Source of the DNA: Dehalococcoidia bacterium
Lineage (GTDB): Bacteria > Chloroflexota > Dehalococcoidia > Bin125
Direction of reading: 5' to 3'
Length of the DNA: 64,000 nucleotides
Assembly (NCBI GenBank): GCA_963663895.2
Contig: CAXXRD010000002.1
Location: 744,484 to 808,483 of the forward strand
The notes under the pieces: generated by a model
The model's input: only the letters and a program-made list of their open reading frames with translations
Database searches by the model: none
What the model was told of the DNA's origin: nothing
Shown here: positions 62,530-64,000 of the stretch, in pieces
How the letters are laid out: every line of letters starts with the position of its first letter
Position numbering within the stretch: the stretch's first letter is position 1
Made by a program: the position numbers and the translations under genes

Positions 62530-63279
62530 CGCCACCTGCCTTCTAATGATGGTGCCGGGGACCGTGTCGCTGAAGGACGAGGCCACCAGAATCGGAACAT
62601 CGTAGAGGAGCCCCAGCTCCACGGCGCGCGGATGGAGAACGCGCGCGCCTTGCGCCGCCATCTCCAGCATCTCCTCGTAGGCGATGTCGTGCAGCTTGCG
62701 GGCCTTGGGGTCGACGCGCGGGTCCGTGGTGTAGACGCCGTCCACGTCCGTGTAGATCTCCGCCGTCTTCGCGCCCAGCGCCGCCGCCAGCGCGACCGCG
62801 GTCGTGTCGGAGCCGCCCCGGCCCAGGGTCGTGACGTCCGCCTCGGAGGTGATGCCTTGGAAGCCGGCGATGATCACGACCTGATCCTGCGCCAGCTCGG
62901 CTTCGATCCGCCGCGTGTCGATGTCCGTGATGCGGGCGCGGTTGAAGGTCGAGTCCGTGCGGACGCCCGCCTGGGCGCCGGTGAGGCCGATCGCCGAGTG
63001 TCCCAGCTCCCGCAGCACCATCGCCAGCAGGGCGCTGCTCACCATCTCGCCGGTGGAGAGCAGCATGTCCAGCTCGCGGCCGCTGGGGCGCGCGGTCACT
63101 TGGTGGGCCAGCTTGATGAGATCATCGGTCGTCTTGCCCATCGCCGACACCACCACCACGACGCCCGCCCCGCTCTCCAGCCGGCGGACGATGCGCGCGC
63201 CCACGGCCCGCAGCCGGTCGGGATCGGCGACGCTGGTGCCGCCGTACTTCTGGACGCAGAGGCGCGCGTTCGCGGTCAT
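62029..63279 (-). CDS. lysC: Aspartate kinase (alpha subunit)
   Basis: VQKYGGTSV, VVSAMG, LGRGGSDTTA, TDVDG, two ACT domains. Confidence 0.97.
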   Translation of the reverse strand: MTANARLCVQKYGGTSVADPDRLRAVGARIVRRLESGAGVVVVVSAMGKTTDDLIKLAHQVTARPSGRELDMLLSTGEMVSSALLAMVLRELGHSAIGLTGAQAGVRTDSTFNRARITDIDTRRIEAELAQDQVVIIAGFQGITSEADVTTLGRGGSDTTAVALAAALGAKTAEIYTDVDGVYTTDPRVDPKARKLHDIAYEEMLEMAAQGARVLHPRAVELGLLYDVPILVASSFSDTVPGTIIRRQVAMEPTNRVRGIALDRDVAAVTVRAVPDRPGIAAQLFGPLADAAISVDTIVQNASVERLTDLTFSVAQDDWRRAQEIVEPVARTIGAAEVIADHHMAKVSIVGTGMQTAPGYAATMFRALADATINIQLITTSDIRITALVADASGEAAVRVLHAAFQLDEPVETSRD

Positions 63280-64000
63280 GATCCGCTCGTCACGGACGCG
63301 CCCCGGCGGTTGGGCTCCGCGACGAAGCTGCGCCCCGGGAGCGCATACGACTCGGCGGCGCTCTCCAACGCCGCCTGCACGTGCGCGGCGCGGCGCGCAT
63401 CCGTCAGCGCGATGACGGTCGAGCCGCCGCCGGACAGGTAGGCCGCGAACGCCCCGGCGTCGGTGGCCGCCTCGAAGAGGTCGAACATTCGTGGAAACAG
63501 CTTGCGCCGGGCGTGCTGGTGCAGCCGATCGTCCGTCGCGACCCGCAGCTGATCCCAGGCGCCGCTGGTCAATGCCGCCACGAGCAGCGCCGCGCGACTG
63601 CTGTTGTGGACGGCGTCGCTGCGCGAGAGCCGCTTCGGCAACAGCTCGCGGCTCTCGTGCGTGGGCATCGAGAGCTCCGGGATGAATCCCGCGCAGCGCA
63701 AGCCGGGCTTGAGCGTCGGGGCCACGCGCGCGACGTGGCTCCCCTCCACCGCGACTACTTGCAAGCCGCCGAAGAGCGCGGGCGCGATGTTGTCGGCGTG
63801 GCCCTCGAGCTCCGTCCCCAAGGAGAGCAGCTCCGCTTCGCTCAGCCGCTGGCCCAGCAGGCTGTTGGCCGCGACCAGGCCGGCGGCGCGCGCCGCCGCG
63901 CTCGCGCCCAGCCCACGCCCGACGGGAAACTCGGCCGTGCTGGCGACCTGCAGGCCGCGCGGCGCCCGCTCCGAGACATGGGCGTAGGCGGCGCGCACCG
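63276..64000 (-). CDS. thrB: Homoserine kinase (5' truncated by window edge)
   Basis: PVGRGLGASAAA, EGHADN, DRLHQ, LSGGGST. Confidence 0.95.
   Translation of the reverse strand, partial: VRAAYAHVSERAPRGLQVASTAEFPVGRGLGASAAARAAGLVAANSLLGQRLSEAELLSLGTELEGHADNIAPALFGGLQVVAVEGSHVARVAPTLKPGLRCAGFIPELSMPTHESRELLPKRLSRSDAVHNSSRAALLVAALTSGAWDQLRVATDDRLHQHARRKLFPRMFDLFEAATDAGAFAAYLSGGGSTVIALTDARRAAHVQAALESAAESYALPGRSFVAEPNRRGASVTSGS

Overview
GC-rich bacterial chromosomal window, most consistent with Chloroflexota/Dehalococcoidia. The basis is the dnaA-obgE-nadD order with gyrB nearby and no dnaN next to dnaA; this is inferred from recalled synteny, not from a search. It is mostly core genome: gyrB (5' truncated), nadD, obgE, dnaA with a candidate oriC, coaX-coaBC, pepA, rpsO-pnp-dapB-asd-dapA, purA, pyrG, tal, rho, a CIRCE-controlled hrcA-grpE-dnaK-dnaJ-prmA operon, MoxR-DUF58-transglutaminase, dnaE, lysC and thrB (truncated). 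Two accessory defence spots each hold a single-chain restriction-modification gene with a lower-GC PIN toxin-antitoxin-like pair downstream. One is an MmeI-like gene at 13.1-16.0 kb; the other is a helicase-less Type ISP-like gene at 54.9-58.2 kb. The most unusual observations are: (1) adjacent ketosynthase-fold and metallo-beta-lactamase-fold genes that have both lost their catalytic residues; (2) a PNPase with a ~187-aa RNase E-like disordered tail, preceded by a ~255-nt structured leader; (3) lower-GC patches concentrated in the specificity regions of both RM genes; (4) a ~175-nt rod-like intergenic RNA candidate; (5) a transglutaminase with its catalytic Cys and His replaced by Tyr. No CRISPR array, tRNA, rRNA, transposase or integrase was seen.
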